64,000 bases of DNA from the human T2T-CHM13v2.0 reference genome, Homo sapiens: assembly GCF_009914755.1 (NCBI RefSeq), contig NC_060929.1; one strand, written 5' to 3'. The notes beneath the pieces were generated by a model. It was not told the origin of the DNA and made no database searches. It saw nothing but the letters and a program-made list of their open reading frames with translations. Within the stretch, counting starts at the first letter, position 1, and the number at the start of each line of letters is the position of its first letter. This document shows positions 13,955-28,524 of this stretch, in pieces. The translations under genes were made by a program, and so were the position numbers.

Positions 13955-16380
13955 ATGAAGATGGAAGTTAGAAGCTCATATCCTCACTCTTAAAAAGTTT
14001 GATGTAACATAACCACTAGAAAGTAGCTAAGGCTTCTAGACATAATGAAGTAGCACATTCTACCCTACTCATCCCACTAATTACAATTAAATATGCTGAA
14101 CAAAATATATAAAGCTAAATATATATATACACATATATATCAGGACAATGATATACATATATATATATATCAGGACAATGATATACATATATATATATAT
14201 ATCAGGACAATGATATACATATATATATATCAGGACAATGATATACATATATATATATATCAGGACAATGATATACATATATATATATCAGGACAATGAT
14301 ATACATATATATATATATCAGGACAATGATATACATATATATATATATCAGGACAATGATATACATATATATATATATATCAGGACAATGATATACATAT
14401 ATATATATATCAGGACAATGATATACATATATATATATATATCAGGACAATGATATACATATATATATATATCAGGACAATGATATACATATATATATAT
14501 ATCAGGACAATGATATACATATATATATATATCAGGACAATGATATACATATATATATATCAGGACAATGATATACATATATATATATATCAGGACAATG
14601 ATATACATATATATATATCAGGACAATGATATACATATATATATATATCAGGACAATGATATACATATATATATATATCAGGACAATGATATACATATAT
14701 ATATATATCAGGACAATGATATACATATATATATATATCAGGACAATGATATACATATATATATATATCAGGACAATGATATACATATATATATACATAT
14801 CAGGACAATGATATACATATATATATATATCAGGACAATGATATACATATATATATATCAGGACAATGATATACATATATATATATATATCAGGACAATG
14901 ATATACATATATATATATATATCAGGACAATGATATACATATATATATATATCAGGACAATGATATACATATATATATATATCAGGACAATGATATACAT
15001 ATATATATATCAGGACAATGATATACATATATATATATATCAGGACAATGATATACATATATATATATCAGGACAATGATATACATATATATATATATCA
15101 GGACAATGATATACATATATATATATCAGGACAATGATATACATATATATATATATCAGGACAATGATATACATATATATATATCAGGACAATGATATAC
15201 ATATATATATATCAGGACAATGATATACATATATATATATCAGGACAATGATATACATATATATATATATCAGGACAATGATATATATATATATCAGGAC
15301 TATGACATATATATATATCTCAGGACAATGACATATATATATATATCTCAGGACAATGACATATATATATATCTCAGGACAATGACATATATATATATCT
15401 CAGGACAATGACATATATATATATATCAGGACAATGACATATATATATATATCAGGACAATGATATATATATATATATCAGGACAATGATATATATATAT
15501 ATATCAGGACAATGATATATATATATATCAGGACAATGATATATATATATATCAGGACAATGATATATATATATATCAGGACAATGATATATATATATAT
15601 CAGGACAATGATATATATATATATATCAGGACAATGATATATATATATCAGGACAATGATATATATATATCAGGACAATGATATACATATATATATCAGG
15701 ACTATGATATATATATGTATCAGGACTATGATATATATATGTATCAGGACTATGATATATATATATATATCAGGACTATGAAAGGTAGGGAAAAAAGGCA
15801 GACTGGCTAGGGACCTGTAGACTAAAGGGAGAATGTGGTAGTGAGTTCCTTGGTTTGGTTTTTGTCTCTTGGCTTTGGCACTAAAGCAGCATGAAGCCCA
15901 GAAACAAAAAGATGCAGACCAAAAAATTAAAAAGCACCCCCTCTCACTCCCAGTATTGTTCTTGATAGCCACAGAACAGGGAAAAGGCAGCCCTATGGCA
16001 CAGAAACTGCAGGACAGGACAGAACAGATATTTTAACTATATCTTCCCTACTCTAGGCAAACACCACAAAAGAAACTGTGCCCCTCCCCTTTCTCACGAG
16101 GCATTGCAAAGACTGTGGAACTGCTCCATGTAAACATGCACTCATCACAAAGAAGCTGCAGCATCCCTCATCCTCCCTCTCCCCTGGGTACTGTGGATAC
16201 TATGGGGTGGAACCCTCTTAACCAGTCCCACTCTACAATAACTTCGGGAGAGGCTGAACCCTTCCTTCCCTCCACCTTCCCCATCAAATAGACCATCTCT
16301 ACCCTGCACTAACATAAGCAGATGTAGCATTCCCTTTTCTCCCCAGCCAGGCACTACAAAGACTGTAGAGGGACCCTGTT
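13955..16380 (+). mobile_element. Probable ancient L1M 5' region hosting the VNTR
   Basis: aagatggaagttagaagctc start, and 'ctagggacc...gtgagttccttggtttggtttttgtctc' resembles old L1M 5' ends. Recalled from memory only. Confidence 0.35.
14121..15779. repeat. VNTR: ~59 units of CAGGAC(A/T)ATGA + (TA)n-type spacer, unit ~22-32 bp
   Basis: About 59 CAGGAC cores counted by eye, with spacers of variable-length alternating TA. Confidence 0.99.
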
Positions 16381-16425
16381 CATAATATTTGTCCTGTACG
16401 TCTTATATTTAATTAAAAGCTAGAA

Positions 16426-16580
16426 CTTAGGAGGCTGAGGCAGGGAGATTGCTTGGGCCCAGGAGTTTAAGACTACAGTGATCTATAATCACATCACTGC
16501 ACTCCAGCCTCGGCAACAGAGCAAGGCCCTATCATTCATAGATAGATAAACAAATAGACAAATGGATGGATAGGTAGAGA
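16426..16580 (+). mobile_element. Monomeric Alu fragment (FRAM/AluJ-like) with tail decayed to GATA/GGAT repeats
   Basis: ggaggctgaggcagg...cactccagcctcggcaacagagcaag. Possible TSD TAAAAGCTAGAA/TAAATGCTAGAA at 16414-16425 and 16581-16592. Confidence 0.8.
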
Positions 16581-16929
16581 TAAATGCTAGAAAAAAATAG
16601 TAAGATCCTTTCAAGTTTACTATTAATACATGACATGAGAAGAATGTTCCTAATTTCACGATTGCTTGACGAATTTACTGTTTTCCTCAATATGTGAGGG
16701 TTTTATCACATCATAAAGGGTATTTGTCTTTTAAATCTCTAAAGGCTTTAATTCAGAATCTTTATTAGAGCACTTTTTATTTTATAAAATATGTTGAAGA
16801 TAACCTTACATTAAAAAAATTATATACAACCTTTCAGTTACTTAGGGCTTTCTGACCTGAGATTTTTATAAAATTTTTAATTTACCAAAATTTTAAATTT
16901 TGTTAAATGTTGTTCTACAGAAGAAAATG

Positions 16930-19578
16930 ATTTACAATCTTTTTTTAATCCAGCCAGTCTTTATCTTTCAAGTGAAGAATTTAATCCATTTACATTCAAA
17001 GTTATTATGGATAGGTGAGGTTTTGTTTCTGTCATATTATTTTATATATTCTTTCCTTTTTCTTTCATTGTGGATTGACAATTATCTGTAGCAATACTTT
17101 TGAATTCCTTCTCTTCCTCATTTGTGTGTTTTACCAGTTAGTTTTACATTTTCATGTGTTTTCATTATTGTAAATGTTGTCCTTCACTGCCAGATTTAGG
17201 ACTGCCTTGAGCATTTCTTGTAGGACCAGTCTAGTGATGATGAACTCCCAAGCTTTTGCTTCTCTGGAAAGACTACTTCCTCATTTATGAATCATAATTT
17301 TTCTGGCTATAGTATTCTTGGCAAGCAGTTTTTTTATTTCTGTACTTTGACTATATCAACACATTCTCTCCTGGCCTATAAGATTTCTGCTGAAAAATCA
17401 GCTTTTAGTCTAATGAGGGTTTCTTTATAGGTAAACTAGATGCTTTTGTCTTTTTAAAATTCTTTTTTGTCTTTGATTTTAGAGTTTGACTATAATGTAC
17501 TCCGGAGAAGACTTTTTTGCATTGTATCCATTTGGGGATCTCAGAGCCTCCTGTATCTGGATATCTAAATCTCTTCCTAGACTTGGAAAGTTTTCATCTA
17601 CTATTTTCTTAGATAGGTTCTCTAACAGTTTCATTCTTTCTTCACCTTTGAGCCCACAATAATTTGAAATTTGGTTGCTTTATGGTGTCCCAGATGTCAT
17701 GAAGTCTTTGCTCATTCTTTATTTTTGTCTGTATGGGTTTCTTCAAAAGACCTGTCTTTAAGTTCTGAGATTCTTTCTTCTCCTTGAAACCTGTTTTGTA
17801 AGGTTTCAAATGTGTTTTGTAGTTCATTCAATGGATTCTTCAGTTCAGAATTTCAATTCGGTTCTTTTTTACATCTGTCCTTCTGTTAAATGTCTCATTC
17901 ATATCCTGAATTGTTTTTCTAATATGTATTATTTTTGAAAAATCTTTTTCTCACTGAGCTTCTTTAGAATAATTTGAATTCTTTTTCTAAGATTTTGTGA
18001 ATTTCTTTTTGATTGGGATCTGTTGCTGGAGAATTATTGCATTCCTTTGGAAGTGTCATGTTTTCTTGCTTTTTAATGTTTCTTGTGTCCTTACATTGAT
18101 TTTTATGTATCTGATGTAACAGTTGCTTCTTCCAATTTTTTTAATTTACTTCCATAGAAGAGGATTTTTTTCCTGAACGTGTATCTATGTTGCTGGTTGT
18201 ATAACACACTTTGGCTTTGATTCTGAGTACATGCAGTGATATATTCTTTGTATGACTTCTTCGGCTGTAAACAACATCAGTGGTATCTGTGATTTCCTCA
18301 GTGGCTTACGATGCAGTTATTAGTGGAGGCTGTGTTGAAGTTTTGCTGGGGATTGGGACAGCAGGCAGGTCAGTCTTTAGGCCCCGGTGGTGGCAGCAGT
18401 GAGGTGATAATGTCTGCCCTTGGGCCCCAGGGCAGCATATGCTGGCACCAGTGGCTAATTCTTGGGTGTCCAAGTAACTTACTTAGATGCTGGTAGTTTC
18501 AGCAGTGGGCCGAGTGGGTTCTCAGGGTCCTGGGTAGGCAGCATGGCATGAGTGATGACAGTGGCAGTGGTAGAATGACCCTCTGGGTCCCAAGCAGTCT
18601 TTTTTGGTATTGGCAGTGGGTTGCCATGGGCTAGGCAGACCAGTCTCCAGGCATGTGCTATGGTAGCGGCTGCTTAGGTAGGCCCAACCTCAGGCACCTG
18701 GGAAAAGTATTCATGTGCCAGTGGTGTTGGACTGGGCTGGGCAATCTCCTAGACCCTGACTGGGTGCCATGGCAAGTGTTAGAGGTTGAAACCAGGCCTG
18801 TACTCAGGCTCTCTGTTAATAGGTTCAGACACCAGCCATGGTAGGCAGGGGTAAGGCAATCCCTAGGCCACCAATGGAATGCTCAGGTTGAGGTAGCAGC
18901 CATGCTGCTTCCCTGCCACTTGGAAAGGTAGTGCTGCCTTCAATTGCAGGCATCTTGGGCTGGCAGGTGAGGAACATGCCAGTTTTACCCCAGTCTCCAT
19001 AGTGATAGCCAGAACCTCAGTCACACCTCATCCCCTCATTCACTCACAATACCTGGGGGCAGCAACCATGCTTCTCTTGTACCACAGCTACACTACCCTT
19101 GCACCTCAGCCCCAACACTGCCCAGATGCAGGACACTGCATAGTCTGTTGGGAGTGTGGCTCTAAAATGTCACCTTGCTGTAGGACCCAGCATAAGCTCC
19201 CTCCTTGGATCAGTGCCATTGCACAATCCAATCCATCCCGCAGCTCCCTGTGTTAGTTTCAGGGCCCACGAGAGTCAAGGGGTTCTCCCATGGCTAGTAT
19301 TCCAGGAGTCCACAGTGAGAATGTGAACTGCTGAGGGTCTCTTACTTACCCTTTCCCCATATTGGGGAGCCTCTCAGCTCCCAGCTGATCCCAGTCAAGC
19401 AGGCTGCCTCACTTCCATCTTCTTCCTTGCTTTAGGTATTTCCTGTCACCTTTCTGTTGAATTCCAGTATTCTCTCCTGGATAATCTATCCAAAGTTGAT
19501 TAAATACCCACTCTTTTGGTTCTTCTTAGTGGAGCAGATGAGTACAAAATGACACTATTCAGCCATGTTGGAGCCTTC
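16930..19578 (-). mobile_element. Old L1 (L1M1/L1M2-like) 5'UTR, ORF1 and start of ORF2, 3' portion missing
   Basis: 5' end ggctccaacatggctgaatag at ~19575 (minus), GC-rich UTR 18300-19570, ORF1-like remnants (LHDIWDTIKQPN, 17642-17827). Confidence 0.75.
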
Positions 19579-19579
19579 T

Positions 19580-20612
19580 TTGCTGAAAAAATTAATCTTG
19601 CTCATGCCCTAAGTGAAGATGACTGATGATTAACAGCAAAAACAATAGCCAACACCATAGATATCTCAATTTGTTTAGCTTACACAATTCTGACTAAAAC
19701 ATTAACATTAAGCAAACTTTCCACTCAATATGTGCCAAAACCTTTACACCCCAGATCAGCTGCTGACAACAGCAGAGGTTTCAGTGGAAATTTTAAACAA
19801 GGACGATCAATAAAGTGTTTCTTCAGAGAATCATAACAGAAGATAAAGCATGGCTTTTCCAGTATTATCCTGAGGACAAAGCACAATCAAAGCAATGGCT
19901 ACCAAGAGGTAGAAATGGTCCACTAAAAGCAAAAGTGGATTAGTCAAGAGAAAAGATCATGGCAACGGATTTTGGGGATGCTCAAGGTATTTTGCTTGTT
20001 GACTGTGTGGAGAGCCAAAGAATAATAACATCTTCTTTTTATTAAAACGTTTTAGAAAAGTTAGCTAAAGCTTTAAACAGAAAGATACTCAGAAAATCTT
20101 TACCAGACAGTCCTCAATCATGACAACATTCCTGTTCATTCCTCTCATTGAACAAGGGCAATTTTGCCACAATTTCAATGAAAAATCATTAGGCATTCAG
20201 CTTACAGTTCTGATTTAGCCTCTTCTGACTTCTTTTTGTTTTCTAATCTTAAAAAATATTTAAAGGGCATCCATATTTCTTCAGTTAATATTTTTAAAAT
20301 ACTGCATTGACATGGTTAAATTCCAGGATCCTCAGTTCTTTAGGGATAAAATGGCTGGTATCATCACTTACAAAAGTGTCTTCAACTTGATGGAGATTGT
20401 GTTGAGAAATAAAGTTTAATTTTCTTTTCTTTTTATTGTACTTTAAGTTTTAGGGTACATGTGCACAATGTGTAGGTTAGTTACATATGTATACATGTGC
20501 CATGTTGGTGTGCTACACCCAGTAACTCGTCATTTAACATTAGGTATATGTATAATTTTCTATTTTTAACTTTTGATTTCATTTTTCCACAAACTTTTTA
20601 AGTCCTTTCATA
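19580..20612 (+). mobile_element. HSMAR2 mariner transposon, 3' part (dead transposase and 3' TIR)
   Basis: Degenerate mariner motifs: tatgtgccaaaacct (WVP.L), ataacagaagataaagcatgg (TGDE.W), catgacaac (HDN), tacagttctgatttagcc (YSPDLAP). The TIR-like end ttccacaaactttttaagtcctttca is followed by TA. Confidence 0.85.
20426..20549 (-). mobile_element. 5'-truncated L1PA (PA3-5) 3' end inserted into HSMAR2
   Basis: ctttaagttttagggtacatgtgcac...taggtatat. TSD GTTTAATTTTCT/GTATAATTTTCT at 20414-20425 and 20550-20561. Confidence 0.9.
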
Positions 20613-21267
20613 AAATATCCATATTTTTTTCTCTCATAGTCACTAAATGTAAGGATTCAACATATTTTATATAGTTGAGAAAATACTCCTAAATAGCCTG
20701 TAAGATCTCACATTAAATACAGAAAAATAAAGAAGAATATATGCAAGAGTCAGTTTACATAAATTATAAATTTGCAGTATTCACATCAACACTGCAAATT
20801 AGTTTTATTGCCACTTAAGAAACAATAAAACTGAGCGTTTAAGAGGCTTAGTAACTTTTGCATAATCACACAACTACCAAGTTACAGAGCAAAGTCTATG
20901 TAACTACAAAAGGAATACCATAAACTTACCTCAAATTTATTGAACTCTAGTTAGTTCTTAGCATTGATAACAGCTTCAGTGAAAAGTTAAATGTGTCAGT
21001 TATATAAAAAGAACAAAGTCAGAAAAAACTCTCAAACTACTAGCAATGTTTCAGGCCTCTGAAAACATCGTTTTGCTATGGTGATAGAGTGAACTTTCCA
21101 CAGAAGTTAAGGTTTCTCTATTACTCTATGTGAAGTTGATGTGAAATGTCTGGCAAGCTATTTTGATAATATATCAAAGATAGTTTTCATTAAGTATAGT
21201 GTGTCTATATGTATTAAATATACCAAAATACCTTGGTTCCTGCCCCCTTTAAAATAAACATACAATA

Positions 21268-21562
<295 letters not shown>

Positions 21563-23722
21563 GCCAGATGGCATCTTCTCTATAAATCTACTTCTTTTAA
21601 TGAACTTCAGTTTAGTCCAAGGAATATATCCTGTTGATTCTACTTACTATAAAATATTACGCTCTAGCTCATAGTATTTCTTAACAGTTTTCTGCCCTAA
21701 TATGTGGATTTTCTAAGAAAATGATGTGTGAGTTAATTTAATTTCCAACGTTAGTATTTGAATACTCACACAATTCACCTTTCCTGGTGCGATGTTACAC
21801 CCCCTGAATCTCATAACTGTAAAAAATTACTTTCCATTACTCTCAAATAAAGTGATGTTAATTTAAGCAGATTTGAAAGGGAAGCACCAAATTGCCAAGG
21901 GAACACATTTGGGGTCACTTTGGGAAATAAGTGACTTCTTCCTTATTTATTATAGTATAATGGTATATTAAACCTTATAACTTATAACCATAAGTTATAA
22001 GTAAATCTTGCACCTATAAAAAGTAAAATGTCTTTGTAATGTATACAAAGCTTATTTATAGATTTTCAGCAATTTCTCTATTATACAGCAAAACAAGACG
22101 TACCCCCACTACTAATGTTTGAATGCCACTCTCCAAGTAGCATAGTGAGTTACAAACAATGGCCCAACAGTTTATGCATAGTTTTAAACTATTAAGTACA
22201 ATCAGCTATATTTATTTGAAATTCTTAATAAAAAACCAAATATACAAAAGGTAATTTTCATTTTTAATTGCTCAGAAAAAGATTATACAACAAACTGGTA
22301 AAATCTGAATAAATTCTATAGTTTAATATATTGTACTAATGTTAATTTTTTAGTTTTGATCACTATACTATGACTACAAAAGATATTAACACTAAGGCAG
22401 GGCAGGGTCAAGATGGCCAACCAGATGCAGTGGTGATCGGAGGCTCCCATCCAAAAGAGCCAAAACAGCAGATGAATACTTCACTAGCAGCTGAGGTATC
22501 CAGGTTCTGTCATCAGGACTGACTAGGTGGTTGGCATGACCCATAGAGAGGAAGGAAGAGCAGTGTGGTGCAGCGGCCCACTTGGGAGCCACAATGGGCA
22601 GGGGAGCCCCCACCCACCAGCCAAAGGAGGTGATGAGTGAGCGTGCTACCCAGCCTGGGAAACCATGCTTTTTCCATGGAACTATGCAACCCAAAGATCG
22701 GAAGCTCCCACTCATGAGCCCACATCACCAGGGCCTGAGATCCCAACCATGGAGCCATGCAGATTCTCAACAGCCACTCAACTAGAATTATCTTAAGGCT
22801 GCCCAGTTCCTGGGGGGAGGGACAGCCATCACCACAGCTGTGGCTGCCTGCTGAGCCATCTGAATTCTTTGTGGGAGGGTGGCAACCAACACTGGGACTG
22901 CTAGCTGCCTAACACACTAAGCTCCCAGGGCAAGAGAAGGGCAGCAGCCATCTCTGTAGCTCCAGGCTATGCTTTTCCCCTGCTAGAGCCACAGAGGCAG
23001 ACGGCTGGGTCCCTAGAGGTATTCCCCACAGCCCAACACACTGGCTTTGGCAGATTGCGGCCAGAGTGCCTCTTTAGGCCTGACCGTAACCCTTCCCTCC
23101 TCATTGAGTGGGGCCTCCCTGCAGGAACTCCAACAACTCCAGCCAGGGGCTCAAGGACAGAACTCTGATCTCCCTGGGACTGAGCCCCTAGGGGAGGGCT
23201 GGTTGTAGTCTCCATGGACCAGCAGACTTAGTCTTTCCTCCTGCTAATTCCGAGGAATCCGGGCAGCCCAGTCAAGTGGGTTTCCCCCAGTTGCAGCACA
23301 CCCCCTCCACCAAGGGACAGCCAAAGTGTATTATTAAATGAGTTCTGCTCCCTGTGCCATCCAACCGGGTGAGACCTTCCAACAGGGGTTGTCAGACACC
23401 CTATACAGAAGCATGCCTACTGGTAACAGATTGGTGACCCTTGGAGTCAGAGATCCTAAAGGAAGGAGCAGACACTCATCTTTGCTGTTCTCCAGCCTCC
23501 TCAGGTGACATTTCCAGGTGTGTGAGTGAACCAGATGAATAGGGCCTGAAATAAACCCCAGCAAACAGCAGCCATGCAAAAGAGGGACCTGACTATTGAA
23601 AGAAAAACAAACAGCAATGACAACAGCATCACCAAAAAAAAAAAAAAAAAAAAAAAGTCCCCACAAAATCCTCATCCAAGGGTCAGTAGCCTCAAAGGTC
23701 GAAACTAGACAAACTCATGAAG

Positions 23723-24742
23723 ATGAGAAAGAATCAACAAAAATACACTGCAAACCCAAAAGGCCAGAGTGCACCTTATCCTCCAAATGATCACAATGCC
23801 TCTCCAGCAAGGGCACAGAACCCTGGATGGAGGATGGGATGGATGAAATGACAGAAGTAGGCTTCACAAGTTAGATAATAACAAACTCCACTGAGATAAA
23901 GAGCATGTTCTAACCCAATGCAAAGAAGCTATGAACCTTGATAAAAGGTTACAGGAACTGCTAATTAGAATAACCAGCTTAGAGAGGAGCCTAAATGACC
24001 TGATAATGCTGAAAAACACAGCACAAGAACTTCGTGAAACATACACAAGTATCAATAGCTGAATTGATCAAGCAGAAGAAAGAATATCAGTTTGAATAAC
24101 ATCTTACTGATATAAGGCAGGAAGACAAGATAAGAGAAAAAAAGAATGAAAAGGAACAAATAAAACCTCTGACAAATACAGGACTATGTAAAAAGACCAA
24201 ACCTACTATTGACTGGAGTACCTGAAAGAGAAGGAGAGAACGGAACCAAGTTGGAAAATGCACTTCAGGTTATTCACTCCAGGAGAAATTCTCCAACCCA
24301 GCAAGAGAGGCCAACGTTCAAATTCAAGAAATACAAAGAACATCACTAAGATACTCCATGAGAAGATCAACCCGAAGACACACAATCAACAGATTCTCCA
24401 AGGACAAAATGAAGGAAAAAATATTAAGGGCAGCCACAGAGAAAGTCCAGGTCACCTACAAAGGGAAGCCCATCAGACTAACAGCTGATCTCTCTGCAGA
24501 AACCCTCCAAGCCAGAAAAGACTGGGAGCCAATATTCAACATTCTTGAATTTTCAGCCCAGAATTTCATATCCAGCCAAACTAAGCTTCATAAGCAAAGG
24601 AGAAATAAAATCCTTTCCAGACAAGCAAATGCTGAGGGACTTCGTCACCACCAGGCCTGCTTTGCAAGAGCTCCTGAAGCAAGCACTAAATATGAAAAGG
24701 AAAAACTGGTACCAGCCCCTGCAAAAACACACCAAAATATAA
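23723..24742 (+). pseudogene. L1 ORF1, disrupted
   Basis: Fragments KGKPIRLTADLSAETLQARKDW and NFQPRISYPAKLSF...QPLQKHTKI*. Confidence 0.9.
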
Positions 24743-24805
24743 AGACCAATGACACTATGAAGAAACTGCATCAACTAGTGGGCAAAATAGCCAGCTAGCA
24801 TCACG

Positions 24806-27800
24806 ATGACAGGATCAAATTCAATAACAATGTTAACCCAATAACAATGTAAATGGGCTAAATGCCCCAATTAAAAGACACAGACTGGCAAACTGGATAG
24901 AGTCAAGACCAATTGGTGGCTGTATTCAGAAGCCCCACCTCACATGCAAAGACACACATAGGCTTAAAATAAAAGGTATGGAGAAAAGTTTATCCTCAAA
25001 TGGAAAGAAAAAAAAAACAGTAGTTGCAATCCTAGTTTCTGACAAAACAGACTTTAAACCAACAAAGCTCAAAAAAGACAAAGAAAGGCATGACATAATG
25101 GTAAAGGGATCAATTCAGCATGAAGAGCTAACTATCCTAAATATATATCCACCCAATACAAGAGCACCCAGATTCATAAAACCAGTTCTTAGAGACCTAC
25201 AAAGACACTTAGAGACGCACACAATAATAGTGGAAGACTTTAACACCCCACTGTCAATATTAGATCAATGAGACAGAAAATTAACAAGGATATTCAGGAC
25301 TTAAACTCAGCTCTGGATCAAGTGGACCTAATAGACATCTCAGAACTCTCCACCCCAAATCAACAGAATATACATTCTTCTCAGTGTCACATCGTACTTA
25401 TTCTAAAATCAACCACATAATTGGAAGTAAAACACTTCTCAACAAATGCAAAAGAACTGAAATCATAAACAGTATCTCAGACCAGAGTGCAATCAAATTA
25501 GAACTCAGGATTAAAAAACTCACTCAAAACCACAAAACTACATGGAAATTGAACAACCTGTTCCTGAATGACTCCTGGGTAACAAAATTAAGGCAGAAAT
25601 CAAGAAGTTCTTTGAAACCAATGAGAACAAAGAGACAGTGTACCAGAATCTCTGAGACACATCTAAAGCAATGTTAAGAGGGAAATTTATAGCACTAGAA
25701 AACTAGAAAGATCTCAAATCAACACCCTAACATCACAATAAAAGAACAAGAGAAGCAAGAGCAAACAAATCCAAAAGCTAGCAGAAGACAAGAAATAACT
25801 AAGATCAAAGCAGAACTGAAAGAGACAGACACACAAAAAACCCTTCAAAAAAACAAGGAATCCAGGAGCTGATTTTTTGAAATGATTAACAAAACTGATA
25901 GACTGCTAGCAAGGCTAATAAAGAAGAAAAGAGAAGAATCAAATAGACACAGTAAAAAATGATAAAGGATACTATAAACACCTCTACGCAAATAAACTAG
26001 AAAATCTAGAAGCAATGGATAAATTCCTGGACACATACACCCTCCAAAGATTAAACCAGGAAGAAGTTGAATCTTGGAATAGACCAATAACAAGTTCTGG
26101 AATTGAGGCAATAATTAATAGCCTACCAACCAAAAAAAGTCCAGGACCAGACAGATTCACAGCCGAATTCTACCAGAGGTACAAAGAGGAGCTGGTACCA
26201 TTCCTTCTGAAACTATTCCAATCAACAGAAAAAGAAGGAATCCTCCCTAACTCATTTTATGAGGCCAGTATCACCCTGATACAAAAGCCTGACAGAGACA
26301 CAACAAAAAGAGTTTTAGACCAATATCCCTGATGAACATCAATGTGAAAATCCTCAATAAAATACTGGCAAACAAAATACAGCAGCACGTCGAAAAGCTT
26401 ATCCACCAAGATCAAGTCAGCTTCATCCCTGGGATACAAGGCTTGTTCAACCTATATGAATCAATAAACATAATCCATCACATGAACAGAACCAATGACA
26501 AAAACCACATGATCATCTCAATAGATGCAGAAAAGGCCTCAATAAAATGCAACATCCTTCATGTTAAAAACTCTCAATAAACTAGGTATTGATGGAACAT
26601 ATCTCAAAATAATAAGAGCTATTTATGACAAACCCACAGCCAATATCATACTGAATGGGCAAAAGCTGAAAGCATTCCCTTTGAAAACAGTCAAAAGGCA
26701 AGGATTCCCCCTCTCACCACTCCTATCCAACATAGCATTAGAAGTTCTGGCCAGGAAAACAGGCAAGAGAAAGAAATAAAGGGTATTCAAATAGGAAGAG
26801 AGGACATCTAATTGTCTCTGTTTGCAGATGATATGATTCTACATTTAGAAAACCCCATTTCTCAGCCCAAAATCTCCGTAAGCTGATAAGCAACTTCAGC
26901 AAAGTCTCAGGATACAAAATCAATGTGCAAAAATCACAAGCATTCCTATACACCAATAACAGACAAGCAAGGAGCCAAATCATAAGTGAATTCCCATTCA
27001 CAATTGCTACAAGAAAATAAAACACCTAGGAAAACAGCTAACAAGACATGTGAATAACCTCTTCAAGGAAACATACAAATCACTACTCAAGGAAATAAGA
27101 GAGGACACAAACAAATGAAAAAACATTCCATCACCCATAGGAAGAATCAATACCGTGGAAATGGCCACAATGCCCAAAATGATTTACAGATTCAATGCTA
27201 TTCCCAAACTACCATTGACATTCCTCACAGAATTAGAAGAAACCTTTAAACTTCATACGAAACAAAAAAAATTACTTGTATAGCCAAGATAAACCTAAGC
27301 AAAAAGAACAAAGCTGGAGGCATGATGTACCTGACCTCAAACTATACTACAAGGATACAGTAACCAAAACAGCATGGTGCTGGTACCAAAACAGACATAT
27401 AGACCAGTGGAATAGAACAGAGACCTCAGAAATTACAACACACATCTACAACCATCTGATCTTCAAAAAACCTGACAAAAACAAGCAATGGGGAAAGGAT
27501 TCCCTATTTAATAAATGGTGCTGGGAAAACTGGCTAGCCATATGCAGAAAATTAAAACTGAACCTCTCCCTTACACCTTATACAAAAATTAACTCAAGAT
27601 GGCTTAAAGACTTAAATGTAAAACCCAAAACCATAAAAACCCTAGAAGAAAACTTAGGCAACACCATTCAGGACATAGGCATGGGCAAAGACTTCAGGAT
27701 GAAAACACCAAGAACAACTGCAACAAAAGCTAAAATTGACAAATGAGATCTAACTAAAGAGCTTCTGCACAGTAAAAGAAACTATCAGAATGAACAGGCA

Positions 27801-28524
27801 ACCTACAGAATGGGAGGACAATTTTACAATCTACCCCCCTGACAAAGATCTAATATCCAGAACCTACAAGGAACTTAAACAAATTTGCAAGAAAAAATAC
27901 ACACAATCCCATCAAAAAGTGGGCAAAAGATATAAACAGACACTTCCCAAAAGAAGACATTTATTTTTGTGGCATATGAAAAAAAGCACATCACTGATTA
28001 TTAGAGAAATGCAAGTCAAAACCACAATGAGATACCATCTCATGCCAGCCAGAATGATGATTATTAAAAGGTCAATAAACGATAGATGCTGGTGAGGCTG
28101 TGAAGAAATAGGAACACTTTTACACTGTTGGGAGTGTAAATTAGTTCAACCATTGTGAAAGACAGTGTGGCGATTCCTCAAGGATCTAGAACCAGAAATA
28201 CCATTTGACCCAGTAATCGTGTTACTGCATATATACCCTAAGGAATATAAATCATTCTACAATAAAGACACATGAACACACATGTTTATTGCAGCACTAT
28301 TTACAATAGCAAAGACTTGGAACCAACTCAAACGCCCATCCATGATCGACTGGATAAAGAAAATGTGGTACATATACACCACGGAATACTGTGCAGCCAT
28401 AAAAAGGAATGAGATCATGTCCTTTGCAGGGACATGGATGAAGCTGGAAGCCGTCATCCTCAGCAAACTAACACAGGAACAGAAAACCAGACACCACATG
28501 TTCTCACTCATAAGTGGGAGTTGA
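24806..28524 (+). pseudogene. L1 ORF2, disrupted
   Basis: ATGACAGGATCAAATTC start. Fragments [42 protein letters not shown] and HMFSLISGS*. Confidence 0.92.

Noticed and set aside
14121-15779. The repeat-spacer look of the VNTR suggests a CRISPR-like array, and it yields ORFs such as ([10 protein letters not shown])n
   Set aside because: The spacers are just (TA)n of varying length, not unique sequences. There are no cas genes and the context is eukaryotic. The ORFs are repeat artefacts.
19580-20415. Domesticated mariner transposase (SETMAR-like)
   Set aside because: No ORF of 60 aa or more, many stops, 5' part missing, and it resembles HSMAR2 rather than HSMAR1.
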